From the NCBI GenBank assembly GCA_000004985.1, contig GG738855.1: 64,000 bases of DNA; one strand, 5' to 3'. Position numbers and translations under genes: made by a program. How positions within the stretch are numbered: the first letter of the stretch is position 1; every line of letters starts with the position of its first letter. Below, in pieces: positions 35,119 to 47,116 of this stretch. The stretch comes from Naegleria gruberi. Lineage: Eukaryota. The notes under the pieces were generated by a model. That model was not told where the DNA came from, made no database searches, and was given only the letters and a program-made list of their open reading frames with translations.

Positions 35119-38100
35119 TTATTCTGTTTGATAATAGATTACAACATTTCTTGTACCACCAGCAGCAAAGAGAGGGAACTTGTCATGGAAGCAGCACGAT
35201 CCAACTTTTTCACCTTCTATATCTTGTAAAATACCTACACACTGGGCAGTTCTGCAATTGAAGATGATAATCAAACCCTTAGACGTTCCAGTGACAAGAT
35301 ATGGAGATATTTCTGCATTTCCAGAAACTCCAATCGCTGTCACATTATCATTTGAAGAATCAGAAAGTTTAGGAATATCCTTCTTATTGTATGTGTGTAA
35401 TCTTGTAGCTGCTTCATTCAAAAAGAACAAACCACAAAGTTGAGCATTTTCAGTAACATTCTCTTTGTGAATAGCAACCAAAAATATTCCTTGGTTTGCT
35501 CCAGTGGTTACAGCCTTAATTACAGAAGAGTAAATAACAGAGTATGGATTTAAAGCTATTTTTTGGAGTAATTTTCCACTACTCATTCTCCAAATGCCAA
35601 TATATGAATTAGTACTTCCAATTACAAAATCTTTCAATTCAGGGACAAACTGAAGGTTATTGATGGCTTCCTTTCCATTAAGGGTTTGGAATGTGACAAC
35701 CTTGACCCTACTCGTAAAATCACTTGTGAGCATGTATTTTAAAAGTTCTCCATTATTGGTTGCAACCATCAAAGTAGAGTCGTAAACTTCCATACAAGAT
35801 ATTGGTGATCTTACATCATCCAAGCTTAATAGGGGTTTTTTCTCTTGACCCAACTGACTTCTGATTGATGACCCATCGATATCAAAGAATCTGATATGAT
35901 AGGAGAGAGTTCCATCAGCTTGGGCAGGATTTTCATCATCCAGTATGGACATGGTCATGGTTATTGATGGTTCAAATGAGGAAGAGGCAATAATCAACAT
36001 TTCTCCATCAGGTGTAAACTTGGAAGAATAAAACTCCTCATTTTCTTCATTTTCTAAACCAAAAAGTTCTGTTTGAATCCATTCTGATCCTGTTAGCTCA
36101 ATTAAGGATACTTGAGTCTTTGTACAAATAGTTAATCTGGGATCACCTACTGGTGAAAATATCATGTTCAAAACTGGACCCTTAATCTTGATCCTACTAT
36201 AGGACTTGAGAGGATGTTGCTTGTCTATTTTTTCGATTGGATGTCTAGGTAGAGAATTTTGTGATAGCACAGGTTGAGATCGCATAGGAGAGGCAAAACT
36301 GGCACGTGGAGGACTGGAAAGTGGAGGTGTGCTTAGATTACTTTTGTCTGCATCATTTTCAGATGTAACAGGTTTTGTGGCACTGGATGAAGCCAGCACA
36401 GGTGAGGAAGGTATTTCTTCCTCATCTTCTGATTCAAAATTCAAACTAAAATTGACAGCGATTGTTGGCTCAAGCTCATATTTAGGTTTAACATCCAAAG
36501 TTTCACCCTTGTTCACTATTGGAGGAGATCCTAAATTAGCTTTTGTTAGAATAGGTGAAAAGTTGATTGGTGGTGAACTGAAATCTTTGATTTCAAAAGT
36601 TTGAGAAGGTGTTCTTGGTGACAATTCATCATCTGTTTCATCATCTTGAACTTGCATAAATGGATTCTTCTTTTTGCTTGGAGAAATATCGCCTGGATTC
36701 AAAACTATCTTTACAGCAGAGTATTGTGTCTCTTCCACCTCTTCAAGAATTACATCAGATTTAGGAGTGGTATATGACAATATTCTACTGGTATTATGTG
36801 GTGGTGTAGACATTGGTGGTGGATTATTATCTTCTTCCATTTCATCATCACTAACATTTGCTCCTTGAGATTCAAGTGGATCGTAATAGACTGTTGGAGG
36901 AATTACAATTTGTGGTGATTGTGCCTTTTCCTTTGGCTTAATTGGAGTTGGGGTTGGTGGAACTTCTTCATCATCAATCATTGTGTCAGCTTGTTTCACA
37001 TTTCCTTCTTTTGTAGTTTCTTCTTTAGCTGGTGGTGTAATATCCAAGTTCATGGATGGAAGGGTTTGAGGTGTTTCATCGTCTTCATCTAATTTATCGG
37101 TAGATGTCTTTTCCAGAGAAATATTTGGTTTCTGAACTGTTGGTGGAGGAGGTGATGGTGCTGTTTCAGTTTTGGTTTCTAATTTCTCTTCCAGATTCGG
37201 AAGCTCGGTTGGTGTACTCAATGATGGTGAATTCAAGTCAGCACTGTCATTGGTATTGAAATTAATGTCAACAGTAGGCATAATGAGAACAGGTTTGTTT
37301 GGTGAGGGTTTTGTGGTCGGGTTAGGACTACTTTGTTTGGCTTCTATGATTGTTATTGTGGTTGTTGCAGAACTGTTGGTGGGAACTGGTTGATGATTGG
37401 CTGGTTCCAAATCCTCCATAAATAATAAATCATCACCTGGAGGCAAAGAATCAGGTGTACTACTTGGAGAATCGAGTGTTGGTGATTTTGGAAGATCAGT
37501 ATTAATTCTGAGGGGAGATTTTGGCTTTTCGATTGGTTCACAAGTTTTTGTTGTGGATTCAATTGGTTTCACTTGTTCCACAATTGTTTCAACCTCAGCT
37601 TGTACAATTTGTTCACTTGTGATGGGTGGTTTCTTCTCAATGGTTTCAATGATGGCTGGTTCAGTAAAAGATGTGTCCTTTGGAGGAGAGTTGAAAGATG
37701 TTTCAACCTTTTCCTCTTGTGTACTTTTCTTGTTATCCAGTGGTTGAATTTCTTCTCCCTCATCCAGCATTGGATCCTTTTTGACTACTTCTTCTGTTGC
37801 TATAGTTATTTCTATTAATGGCTGTACTGTAGTTTCAGAAGGTTTTTCTATGATATCTACAATCATTTTGTCTTCATTTTGCTTAATGGTTTCCTCGATA
37901 GTACTACTAGTTGGAGGAGTAGGTGGTGGAAGAATATTTTGAGATGGTAATGAGGCTGTCAAGGATGAACTAGTACTACTGGACTTTTGGGTACTGCTCT
38001 CTTGGGTTGACCTCTTGGATTGAGATGGAAGGGATGGTACTGCAAATTCTTCGTTTCGTCTCTCGATTGGCATTTTTCGATTTTGCAAAGGAGAAATAAC

Positions 38101-39592
38101 TTTGAGCTTGTCAACTTTTGGTGATTTTGGCATATTTACAAGGGATAGACGGGTGTTTGATGTAGAATTGTCTTCACTGTCACTCTCTTCAGCAATGGAT
38201 TCTTGACTGATAAGATTGGAAGTTTGGCTTGGTATTTTGGGTGGAGAGGAAGAAATTACTTGCTCTTGGTTTGATTTTTCAACTACAATATGAGATGACT
38301 CAGAATGAGTTGGTGTTACTATTGGCTCATCCGCATTGGGTCTCGAAAGAAGCATGAAATCGAGATTTTCTCTTGCATTAGTTGGGGAGGTATTAGAAAC
38401 AGGTGTAACATCATATTCTAAAGTATCCATTTTGAGCTTTTTGAGTGGTGTAATTTCTTCTGATGAAATTATTGATGAAGAAGGTTTTGGAGAAATTTGA
38501 GAAGATTCAGAGTCAGCTCCATTCTCTCTCATTGAATCATCTTCAACATCCTTGATTACTCTCTTACTTCTCTTCTTTCGTCTTTTTACAGCTGTGGTCA
38601 ATATTGTTGATGATGAATCCTCTGAAACAGTATCATCTGTCATTGTATCTGTTTGTTGATTTTCTTCAAGGAGCCGTTTTTTAGTATTTTCTAAACTCGT
38701 AATTTCTTCCAATAACTTTGCTTTTTCCTTTTCCAAAATGTCTTTCCAATATTCTCTGTCTCTTCCTCCAAAATAGTTAACCCTTGTGGGTAAGTGTAAA
38801 TTCTTTTGTTTGGCTATAGAATTGAGTAGATTTTTCAGAAAGTCTTCACAAAATCCAAAAGCTTTCAATCCTGTTAAATCTTCTGTATTGACTCCTATAT
38901 ATACATAATCCACGATAGTTTTATCCGTATTATTGATTGCATTCTCATCTTCAACCATTTCGGGTTGATACATTTGAAATGCTTGTTTGAAAGGTTGAGA
39001 GCAGCAACTTCCCATAAATCTTTCTCCGACACCTTTCCTACTCGAAACATCAGTAACCACAAATTGTGGTCCAACTAAACCTTTTATCACCTCGATTTGA
39101 AATTGTATTAATTCTATAGCATTATCAGTGGACCAATCTTTTTCATTTGGTTTTTTAGTTCTTCTCCTTCTCCTCAGCCTGAGTATTGCTGTATAACCTG
39201 ATGGATAGGGATGTTGATATTCTCCCTTGAATTTCCTCCAATAACTTTCCACTGACCCGAACAAAGTCTTTTTCGTTGATGAATTCCAATCAGGAAGAAG
39301 GAAACTCTATCAAATCACCAAGAGAAATAACCTCCAATGGAAGACATCTCAACGTGAAGGGTGTTGTTACAATTGTTCTAGTGTTCTGTAATGATGTGTT
39401 TTTACTCTCGCCTCGATCGGATCTATTATTATTCACTAATTGATCATCAGAAAAATCGTAAATATCACAACAAAAAGTCGAATATAATTCCTCATGATTT
39501 GTTATCATCACGGAAGAAGCAGATCCTCCACCACTCGATGAAGCAGAAGCAGCAACAGAAGAGGCCGATGATGTTAATATTCTTCCGTTCAT
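35119..39592 (-). CDS. Very large protein (about 1480 aa) with a conserved N-terminal globular region, an STP-rich mucin-like disordered centre of roughly 900 aa, and a C-terminal beta-propeller-like domain. Its putative 5-prime exon/ORF (39290..39592) is out of frame with the main ORF
   Basis: The 1381-aa ORF 35119..39264 has no ATG for its first roughly 90 codons and starts at TTG. An ATG-initiated 100-aa ORF lies immediately upstream in a different frame. The central region is extremely S/T/P-rich. The last roughly 400 aa carry repeated beta-strand-rich units (VATNNGELLKY, VTGTSKGLIIIFN). Confidence 0.55.
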
Positions 39593-39801
39593 TTTTTTTG
39601 TCTTTTCTTAGGAATGAGAGAAATTGTAATTTTGATGATAATTATAACAATATTGTTCGGAAATATCGGAATATTATTGGTTACTATTTGGTTTAATAAT
39701 GAAAGAATTGTTTATTGAATCAGTAACAATTTACAAAAAGATATCTTTTTGCATCATCATTACTCTTTGAACTTTTCGAATAAAAAACAAAATACAAAAA
39801 A

Positions 39802-41208
39802 ATGAAATCGTCCACTTTAATAATATTCATATGTTCACAGGCACTGTTTCTAGCACTGTCAGCACTCACATTTCGATTATATCTATCATCAAAAAACAAT
39901 GAAAAATGTTCAATTTCTTTTTTAATATTGACAGCTCCACGTCAAATGGATGGCAATAGTTTTTATTATCTAGGACAAACAATTAATAGTATTGCTAAAT
40001 TAAAACAACGATTATTCAATCCATGTATTGTAATATTCAATAGCAAGGGAGAAGCTTTTAAAGAAGAAGTTGAATTTATGGTGAGAGGTTCAGCTCTCGA
40101 TGCACAAGTAACAATCTATCACAAGAAGAAGGAATGGGAAAGTAATAATTTTGATAATTCACAATTATCACCTCGGAAGAAACATCAATCCAATGATTTT
40201 TATGATATGATCAAGACGGTTGATTCAAACTTTAGAGTGAAGGATAATACTCCAATTGCCATCATGGAAGATGATTTTATAATGTGTGAAGGAGCTTATT
40301 ATCATTTTGGTAGGATTTTTGAAAAGATTCATGAATTGGAATCGAGTGGAAAGGATTGGGTTGGTTATCGATTCTCCTTCGGTCTGAATGGTGTGCTAAT
40401 TCAGAGAAAGGATCTTGGCAGTATGTTGAGATTTTTGGAGAGAGAATCTGAAACTGATACACCAATTGATTGGCTATTGGAACAATACTTCCATCAATTG
40501 AATCATTATGGAAAATTACGTTTCCAAGACAGATTATTCTATATTTATAGATATCAATTAATGAAACACATTGGTGTCACATCGTCTGTTGGAAATGAGA
40601 GAAATATTGAGAGAAATAATGTTGATTTTCCAAATTGTATGGAACCTCAAACACAATCTCAACTTTTAGTACTGTTCCAGGCAGAGGCATGTCCAAACTC
40701 ATACTTTTTCCCGTGTAATGATACCCTAACTGGATCCAATACACTCACCAAAAGAATTCCAAAGTCAAGTATGGCAGGAGGTATTCCATATATTGACGAT
40801 AAGGACTATGAGTTTGAACATGATACTCTTCGATTGCCTTCCTATTCATCCTCAAATCCTTTACCATTGGTTGAATTGAAGAAAGTGAGAAGTGTTCCAT
40901 GTGATGCATCAGAGAGTTGTTCAACATGTTGTGAACGATTGGGCTCAGTGTGTGAACCTCAATTCTTTTCCTATATTAATAGATGTGATGAGTTGAAACG
41001 ATATGCACCAAATTGTAAGTGCATGTATGAGAGAAATCCTGTTTTGGACTCTAGCTCACCTCTCCTTGATGGAGACTATTGCATTCTTGGTTCAAGACCA
41101 AGCAGATTCAGATGTAAAAATCAAATGGATGGCAAACGAAGATTGTGTCCATGTTTCAGGGAGAAACAAAACTCATTCGATAGGTCAAGAAAGACTTCCA
41201 ATAATTAA
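39802..41208 (+). CDS. Type II membrane protein with an N-terminal signal anchor, a glycosyltransferase-like lumenal domain and a Cys-rich C-terminus, 468 aa
   Basis: ATG start followed by a single N-terminal hydrophobic helix (LIIFICSQALFLALSALTF). The conserved block SFLILTAPRQMDGNSFYYLGQTINSI and the acidic MEDDF motif resemble Golgi GlcNAc-transferase (GnT-IV-like) stem and catalytic regions. The C-terminal 120 aa contain 14 Cys. The family assignment is tentative. Confidence 0.5.
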   Translation: MKSSTLIIFICSQALFLALSALTFRLYLSSKNNEKCSISFLILTAPRQMDGNSFYYLGQTINSIAKLKQRLFNPCIVIFNSKGEAFKEEVEFMVRGSALDAQVTIYHKKKEWESNNFDNSQLSPRKKHQSNDFYDMIKTVDSNFRVKDNTPIAIMEDDFIMCEGAYYHFGRIFEKIHELESSGKDWVGYRFSFGLNGVLIQRKDLGSMLRFLERESETDTPIDWLLEQYFHQLNHYGKLRFQDRLFYIYRYQLMKHIGVTSSVGNERNIERNNVDFPNCMEPQTQSQLLVLFQAEACPNSYFFPCNDTLTGSNTLTKRIPKSSMAGGIPYIDDKDYEFEHDTLRLPSYSSSNPLPLVELKKVRSVPCDASESCSTCCERLGSVCEPQFFSYINRCDELKRYAPNCKCMYERNPVLDSSSPLLDGDYCILGSRPSRFRCKNQMDGKRRLCPCFREKQNSFDRSRKTSNN

Positions 41209-41493
41209 TAAATCTTGAATTTAAAGAAAATATCAAGGTGAGGAACTGATATTGTAATATTGTTTCAAGGTGTGAAGAACTCATTACGGTTATCCAAATC
41301 TTAGGAGAAAAGACAAAACGTAACGGTTTGGAATTGGCGCCAAGAATAAATGCTCATCAGACGTTATTTAAAATTCAAAAAAAAACTACAACACTCTTCA
41401 AAGGTCGTTTGCAGTACATCTTGACGACGACTATTAATTTTAGGAAGACTATCTTCATCTCTTCTATTTATACAATTATAATAATTTAATACA

Positions 41494-42195
41494 ATGAGTA
41501 CTTTCTTGCCACCAAATACACTCCAAAGAGTAACCAAGGAAATTTTCGACCTTCAAAAGAACAAGATTGATGGAATTGAAATTCTCACCTATGATCCTGT
41601 TAGAAATGTAGACTTGTTGAGTGATTTGAGCGAGATTTATGCTTCTATTGATGGTCCACAAGGTACTCCATTCGAAGGAGGTAAATTTACTATCAAATTG
41701 GTCTTGGATCACGAATTCCCTAATAAGCCACCAAAGGGATATTTCGTTACCAAGATTTTCCACCCAAATGTTTCTACACGTGAAGGTGAAATTTGTGTGA
41801 ATACATTGAAGAGAGATTGGAAGTCTACTCTTGGTTTCAGACATGTTCTCATGGTTATTCGTTGTTTGATGATTGAACCAAATCCTGATAGTGCTCTCAA
41901 TGCTGAAGCAGGTAGACTTATTCAAGATAACTATGAAGGTTATTCAAACAAGGCTAAGATGTTCACAGATATCTATGCCAAACAACAACAAGGTGTCACA
42001 AGTCAATCAGAACCTGAAGTGTCCAAGACCATCTCTGAAGAAACTGTTGTTGATTCCGAAAATGCTAAGGAAAATATTTGTAATGTAAATCAAACCCAAC
42101 AAAAGAAACCACTCCTCTTACTCAAAAAGCCAACTACCACCACAACCAATACTTCTACTGTTGCCAAAAAACCAGCAGGTTTGAAACGTCTGTAA
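41494..42195 (+). CDS. UBE2S: Ubiquitin-conjugating enzyme E2 S-like (UBC fold plus Lys-rich C-terminal tail), 233 aa
   Basis: The UBC core is collinear with UBE2S, including GYFVTKIFHPNVSTREGEICVNTLKRDWKSTLGFRHVLMVIRCLMIEPNPDSALNAEAG and the catalytic Cys in HPN...GEICV. The C-terminal extension ends KKPAGLKRL, as in UBE2S. Confidence 0.85.
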   Translation: MSTFLPPNTLQRVTKEIFDLQKNKIDGIEILTYDPVRNVDLLSDLSEIYASIDGPQGTPFEGGKFTIKLVLDHEFPNKPPKGYFVTKIFHPNVSTREGEICVNTLKRDWKSTLGFRHVLMVIRCLMIEPNPDSALNAEAGRLIQDNYEGYSNKAKMFTDIYAKQQQGVTSQSEPEVSKTISEETVVDSENAKENICNVNQTQQKKPLLLLKKPTTTTTNTSTVAKKPAGLKRL

Positions 42196-42312
42196 ATGAA
42201 ATCTTGTGTAAGGATGTCATTCTAAGAAGATCTAGGCAATAAATAATATTATTTAACAACATAATAGGATATTAGAGAAACAAATTTCACTAATTACATT
42301 TTACAGTTTTAT

Positions 42313-44706
42313 TTAAGGAGCTAGTGCTTTAGCAGAAGTATTCACAATACCAGCAAACAAGTATTCCCCACCATCTTGTTCTTCCTTCATTAAATCCCTT
42401 AAGAAAAGAACAGTTTGCTTTTCAGTATTTTCAATTGATCTATCAATTTCAGCCTCTAATTGATTTCCTTCATATACTGCAGAGGTTTGTTTTCCTTCCA
42501 AAACCCAACTTTCAAATTGGAGAGCCTTAGCATGAGCAATTTCCTTTGTTGGAGCCAAAATACGATAGGCACGCTTGTATAAACTCTTTCTCTTATCTTC
42601 AGAAAGATTCTCGAAAACTTCAACCAAAATATCGTGAAGCAAGAAAGGTAAATCAAAGTTATAGTCTCGTCTGGCAACTTTTTCACAATAATCGAAAATC
42701 TTTTCCTTCTCTATTAATGATTTGGTAATTTCTTCCGTGGCAGTATCCTTATTCATTCTATGAATAATGTAGCTACCATGAATGGATCTGAGTTGAGCCC
42801 AAATCTTGAATTTGTTTTCAAAACAGTCTTCATTTCTTGAAAGAATAATTACAATATTTTCAAGGTATGATTCGAATTGTTCCTCTCTATTGAGTGCATG
42901 ATTTGAGTGTTCCCTCATTTGAGTAACAGCAAATCTCAACAAGTGGAGAGCTTCATTAATAATAACTTCCTTGAAGTTGAAGAAATGTACAGATAATTGA
43001 TTCCAAATTTGAGGGTGATTTTCCTTGATATTAGTTTCAAATGTCAATACATGAGTAATTGACATTAATAAATTATCCCAAACTTGAGCAAATTCGTCCC
43101 AACCAGAGTTTTCACTTTCTTCGCTCAAAAATCCCTTAATGAAAGAAAGTTGAAGTTTGCAAAGTTCAGAACATGCTTGAATTTCGACCTTATCCTTGAG
43201 AAGTTGAAGCATGGCAGATGATGGTTGATCACCAACACTTGGAATTTCATCAGAGAACATTCCAATGCTTTGACCAATACCTGTACCAATGTCAAGCAAT
43301 CTCTTGATTGTCTTTAATCTTGATGGAATATCTAGTGCATTATTTTGAGCTTCTTCACTTTCTTCTTCTTGTTCAGGTTGTTTCTCTCGTTGTTTAACAA
43401 GGAGCATCTTTCTTAAAAAGATTGACCATTCATAGGAAAGTACTACAGAATCTAATACAATTTGTTGACTGGTGAATTTAGGATGCAAAGACTTTTCAGC
43501 AGCAGGTAAGCTGTTCAATTGTCTAGCAGTAAGAAAAGTCAAATCTTCGTAACAAGAATCAGCTGATTTCCATTCATTTGCCATTGTGTACAAATATCCA
43601 AGTTTGAGCAATGATGTCTTGAGTTCGAACAAGTTTAGGCTATCAGATGCAAAGTTAATAGATGCAGGATTCTCTTTTGGAAGAAGCTTTTTAAGGTGAT
43701 CAGCTGAACTCTTAAAATCTTGCACTCTTTCGAATAGAATTGAAAGTCTCTTATCCAAATCTCTAATGTACTGTTCAGTAGATGCTATATGTTTGATAAC
43801 GTCTTGAGTTGAGGAAATGTTTTTAAGAATATTTAGAACCTCTTCCAATTTTTGGTATACAGCAATGAGAGTATTTACAGCATTTCTCAATTGTCCTTCA
43901 CGTTCATAAACAGCTGAGAGTTGGAAATATGTACCAAAAATGCTCATCACAAGATTTTCATTTCTTTTTTGCTCCAAGAAGGATTCTACAACAATTCTGG
44001 TTGCGAATGATGATGCATCATATTGGAAGAAGAGTAATTTTTGAAGAATAATCTTGCTCAATGATGTACATTGAAGAATATTGTAAATTCCGTTCATCTC
44101 GTTCAAATATTTGATAATTTCCTCTTTAGCTTTTTTAACAGTTTCAACATTTTCAGGAAGATGAGAAAGGTCTGTCTTTCTCTTTATCAATGATTGCAAC
44201 TTGCTTGTGGAAAAGCTCAATTTTGATAAATCTGCCAATTTACTATCATCCTTCTTTGACAATTCATGTTCCTTCAAGTATTGTGATGCTACTTGGAGTG
44301 CAATAAGTTGTGGATATATATCTTCGGCATCAGGTCTATCGGCCATATATTGTTTAGAAACATAAACAATACCGTCTATTGTTTTGGTGAGTGTCTCTGT
44401 GAGCGCTTTCTTATCATCTGTAGCATTCTTCCAGCTATAGAGTTGAATAATAAGAGTTTGTAAATGAGTTTGAGTCCACTTTGCTACAGTTTCATCATTT
44501 AAATCGGAAATATGATATTCATTTGCTTGACCAAGGTTTGTATCATAATGATAGGAATTAAAACAAGTGCCAGTTAAAGATGTTGTTGTTTTCAAACAAT
44601 TAATACTATTATGCTTAATTGATGATGATCTATTGTTGGTAACCAATAACGAAGATGAAGAAAGAGTCTTTGGCCTGAAAACCCTTTTCACGATGTGATT
44701 TTTCAT
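42313..44706 (-). CDS. Uncharacterized all-helical protein, 797 aa
   Basis: Uninterrupted ATG-initiated ORF whose composition suggests helical repeats. I recognise no confident family. It could be a nucleoporin or a tethering-complex-like scaffold. Confidence 0.5.
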   Translation of the reverse strand: MKNHIVKRVFRPKTLSSSSLLVTNNRSSSIKHNSINCLKTTTSLTGTCFNSYHYDTNLGQANEYHISDLNDETVAKWTQTHLQTLIIQLYSWKNATDDKKALTETLTKTIDGIVYVSKQYMADRPDAEDIYPQLIALQVASQYLKEHELSKKDDSKLADLSKLSFSTSKLQSLIKRKTDLSHLPENVETVKKAKEEIIKYLNEMNGIYNILQCTSLSKIILQKLLFFQYDASSFATRIVVESFLEQKRNENLVMSIFGTYFQLSAVYEREGQLRNAVNTLIAVYQKLEEVLNILKNISSTQDVIKHIASTEQYIRDLDKRLSILFERVQDFKSSADHLKKLLPKENPASINFASDSLNLFELKTSLLKLGYLYTMANEWKSADSCYEDLTFLTARQLNSLPAAEKSLHPKFTSQQIVLDSVVLSYEWSIFLRKMLLVKQREKQPEQEEESEEAQNNALDIPSRLKTIKRLLDIGTGIGQSIGMFSDEIPSVGDQPSSAMLQLLKDKVEIQACSELCKLQLSFIKGFLSEESENSGWDEFAQVWDNLLMSITHVLTFETNIKENHPQIWNQLSVHFFNFKEVIINEALHLLRFAVTQMREHSNHALNREEQFESYLENIVIILSRNEDCFENKFKIWAQLRSIHGSYIIHRMNKDTATEEITKSLIEKEKIFDYCEKVARRDYNFDLPFLLHDILVEVFENLSEDKRKSLYKRAYRILAPTKEIAHAKALQFESWVLEGKQTSAVYEGNQLEAEIDRSIENTEKQTVLFLRDLMKEEQDGGEYLFAGIVNTSAKALAP

Positions 44707-44978
44707 TTTTTTTAAAATTTATTTTTATTCCTTTCCGAACTTTAATTTCCAGTTTGATTGTTGTTCTTATCCGTATTGCATGATTTTGAAAAGAGGGTAG
44801 ATGAAATTTAATGCCACATGTGGCTTACTCTGCTTTACAATGAGAAGAGATGATGATATTTAATGTAGGTGAAACACAAAGCTGTTTTAGTAGATAGGAA
44901 TAGCATTCACCACTTGTTGGAATCAAAAGTTTTTGCCGCCTTTTTTTAAATATCAAACGAATTGAAAATCAAAACAAA

Positions 44979-46121
44979 ATGGAAAGTGGTCTCTCTTTAA
45001 ACCTTGTAGATTTCAATTCCTTGGTTGTTTCCTCGACAAATAGTGTTGGAGACTCTGCAGTGAATACGAGGAGAATGTTGGCAAAATCGTGGACTTCACT
45101 CCTGTTGGGTGGTGATGAAGGAGAAGACGAAGTCTATTCGTCATCGCCTCCGACCATTCATCACCATCTGCAAAATACTCATTTAAATTCGGATCCTAAT
45201 GATTTAGTTGTTTTGCATGATTTTAATGACAATTCAAGTATTATTACAGATGTCATCAGTAATGTTGATAATGGCAGTAGCAATCACGTGATTGATTCAG
45301 CAGTAATTCAAAAAGAACGATTAATCAAAAAACAATTGGAATGTAAAAAATTGAGAATGCTCTTCTCACCTCCAGAAATGCTAACAGAGGATGGTGAAAT
45401 TGAAGAGTCTTACTTTAGACCAGATCCTTCCAGAATTTTTAATATGGATTGTCTGAAAACACTGACCTGGAATAAGACAGACGAAGAATTGTTGAGAAGA
45501 GGTATTAATGAGTTTGGAAATGATTGGACAGCCATAATTTTGAAATACCTTCCGAATTGGGACGCAAAAGAACTGCAAGAAAAGTGTAAACAATTGAAAA
45601 TCTCAACAAAAAAGGCTCGCACAACTCCTGAACCAAAAATCAATACTAGTGGTAAACTATCCACTTCTTCATCAACAAAGAGGAAGAAAAAAACAAAGAA
45701 AAAACCAGAAAGTGAAGACAAAGAATTTGAAGAAAATGAAACAGATGAAGAATCATTTGAAATTATTTCAGAAGAGGAGAAGAAGCCAAAGAGAAAAACA
45801 TCTAATAAGAAGAATGCCACAACCACTGTAAAATCTAAAACAATATCTAAAACCAATAAGAAATCTAACAGCAAACAAAATGGAAAATCAACCACTAAAA
45901 AGGTGGCTGTAACCAATTCTGAAACTTCTGAAGAGGAGGAAGAATTCAATGAAGATGATTTTATTTCAGAAGAAGAAGAGGAGGATGAAATGAGTGATGA
46001 AGAACCTCCAAAAAGTAGCAAAAGAGGTGGCAGAGCTAGGCCAAAGAGGCAAGTACAAAGGTATTGCTATCATGAAAATTCATCTGGTGAAGATGAAATG
46101 CTCGACCAGTACATTGATTAA
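44979..46121 (+). CDS. Myb/SANT-like domain protein with KE-rich and acidic tails, 380 aa
   Basis: A single SANT/Myb-like helix-turn-helix is present (WNKTDEELLRRGINEFGNDWTAIILKYLPNWDAKELQEKCKQLK). Lys-rich and Glu-rich low-complexity regions follow. Confidence 0.6.
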   Translation: MESGLSLNLVDFNSLVVSSTNSVGDSAVNTRRMLAKSWTSLLLGGDEGEDEVYSSSPPTIHHHLQNTHLNSDPNDLVVLHDFNDNSSIITDVISNVDNGSSNHVIDSAVIQKERLIKKQLECKKLRMLFSPPEMLTEDGEIEESYFRPDPSRIFNMDCLKTLTWNKTDEELLRRGINEFGNDWTAIILKYLPNWDAKELQEKCKQLKISTKKARTTPEPKINTSGKLSTSSSTKRKKKTKKKPESEDKEFEENETDEESFEIISEEEKKPKRKTSNKKNATTTVKSKTISKTNKKSNSKQNGKSTTKKVAVTNSETSEEEEEFNEDDFISEEEEEDEMSDEEPPKSSKRGGRARPKRQVQRYCYHENSSGEDEMLDQYID

Positions 46122-47116
46122 TGTATCAACACTCTAAAAAAATGTCACCTCATGAATTGCTAGAAGATTATCAATTTTGGATAGAAAAATTAGTGATTGC
46201 ATATTGGATACTCGGAAGTGTCTTGTATTGTCTCCGATTTTTCAACAATTTTTTCCATTCATCATTTCAATATGGAAGATTTTCATCAACGAGTACGGAT
46301 AACTCTCCTCACACCAATCAACCAAGGAATGAATTTCTTGACAAAATTTCACACTTTATTATGAAACCTATTGTGACGGAAAGTTTTCATTGGAGAAGCA
46401 TATACTCAGTCGGATTGGTTGTGAATACTTTTGGAATTTATGTGTTTCACTCTGTGAATGGATTAGAGTGGTCAACAATTTTGATTCTTGTACTGTATGA
46501 AGCTCATCTCCTCAAGAGATGCATTGAAGTCTATTGGTTACAACCATGGGTCAATCCTCCAAGATTTGTTGGATCATTTCTATTCTTGAGTGGTGTTTCG
46601 TATTATGTCATCTCTCCAATTACATTCTTATTGGGATGCCTTAAGCGTACAGATTTGCAGAGGTATCCGCTGAATATTTTAGGAGCTTTCTTCTTTATCT
46701 ATTGCTGGTATGTAATTTGTTAAATATTTAATCACAATTAATTATTTGAATGGTCACTAGCTATCACCAATACCAATGTCACAAGATTCTCTATTCGCTT
46801 GCAAGAGAAAAAAACAAGAATCCAAGCATTGGGTATCAGATTCCAAATGGTGACTTATTTGATTTGTTATATTGTCCACATTACTCAACAGAAATCGGAA
46901 TGTACCTTTCACTCAATATTATCCTATGTTTTTCATACATTCCCTCAATGTAAGTTAATACTCCTTAGAAAATCATCTTAGAGTAATAGATTGTGTTTTG
47001 CATTCACTTCACTTAACCTTGGTTATCACTCAATTGAAACATATCGTTGGTATCAAACAAAATTCCCAAAGAAACTCCCATCTAAGCGCAAAGTACTCAT
47101 TCCTTACCTTTTCTAA
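46121..47116 (+). CDS. Polyprenol reductase / steroid 5-alpha-reductase family (SRD5A3/DFG10-like); 3 exons join(46121..46707,46761..46949,46990..47116), about 293-300 aa
   Basis: The multi-TM N-terminal region and the C-terminal 3-oxo-5-alpha-steroid 4-dehydrogenase signatures (HQYQCHKILYSL, YQIPNGDLFDLLYCPHYSTEIGMY) are reconstituted across a 53-nt GTATGT...CACTAG intron. The family-typical C-terminus WYQTKFPKKLPSKRKVLIPYLF lies in a third exon after a 40-nt GTAAGT...AATAG intron. Phases 2 and 2 are consistent and the total length is divisible by 3. The likely start is the second ATG (MSPHELL) at about 46142. Confidence 0.75.
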
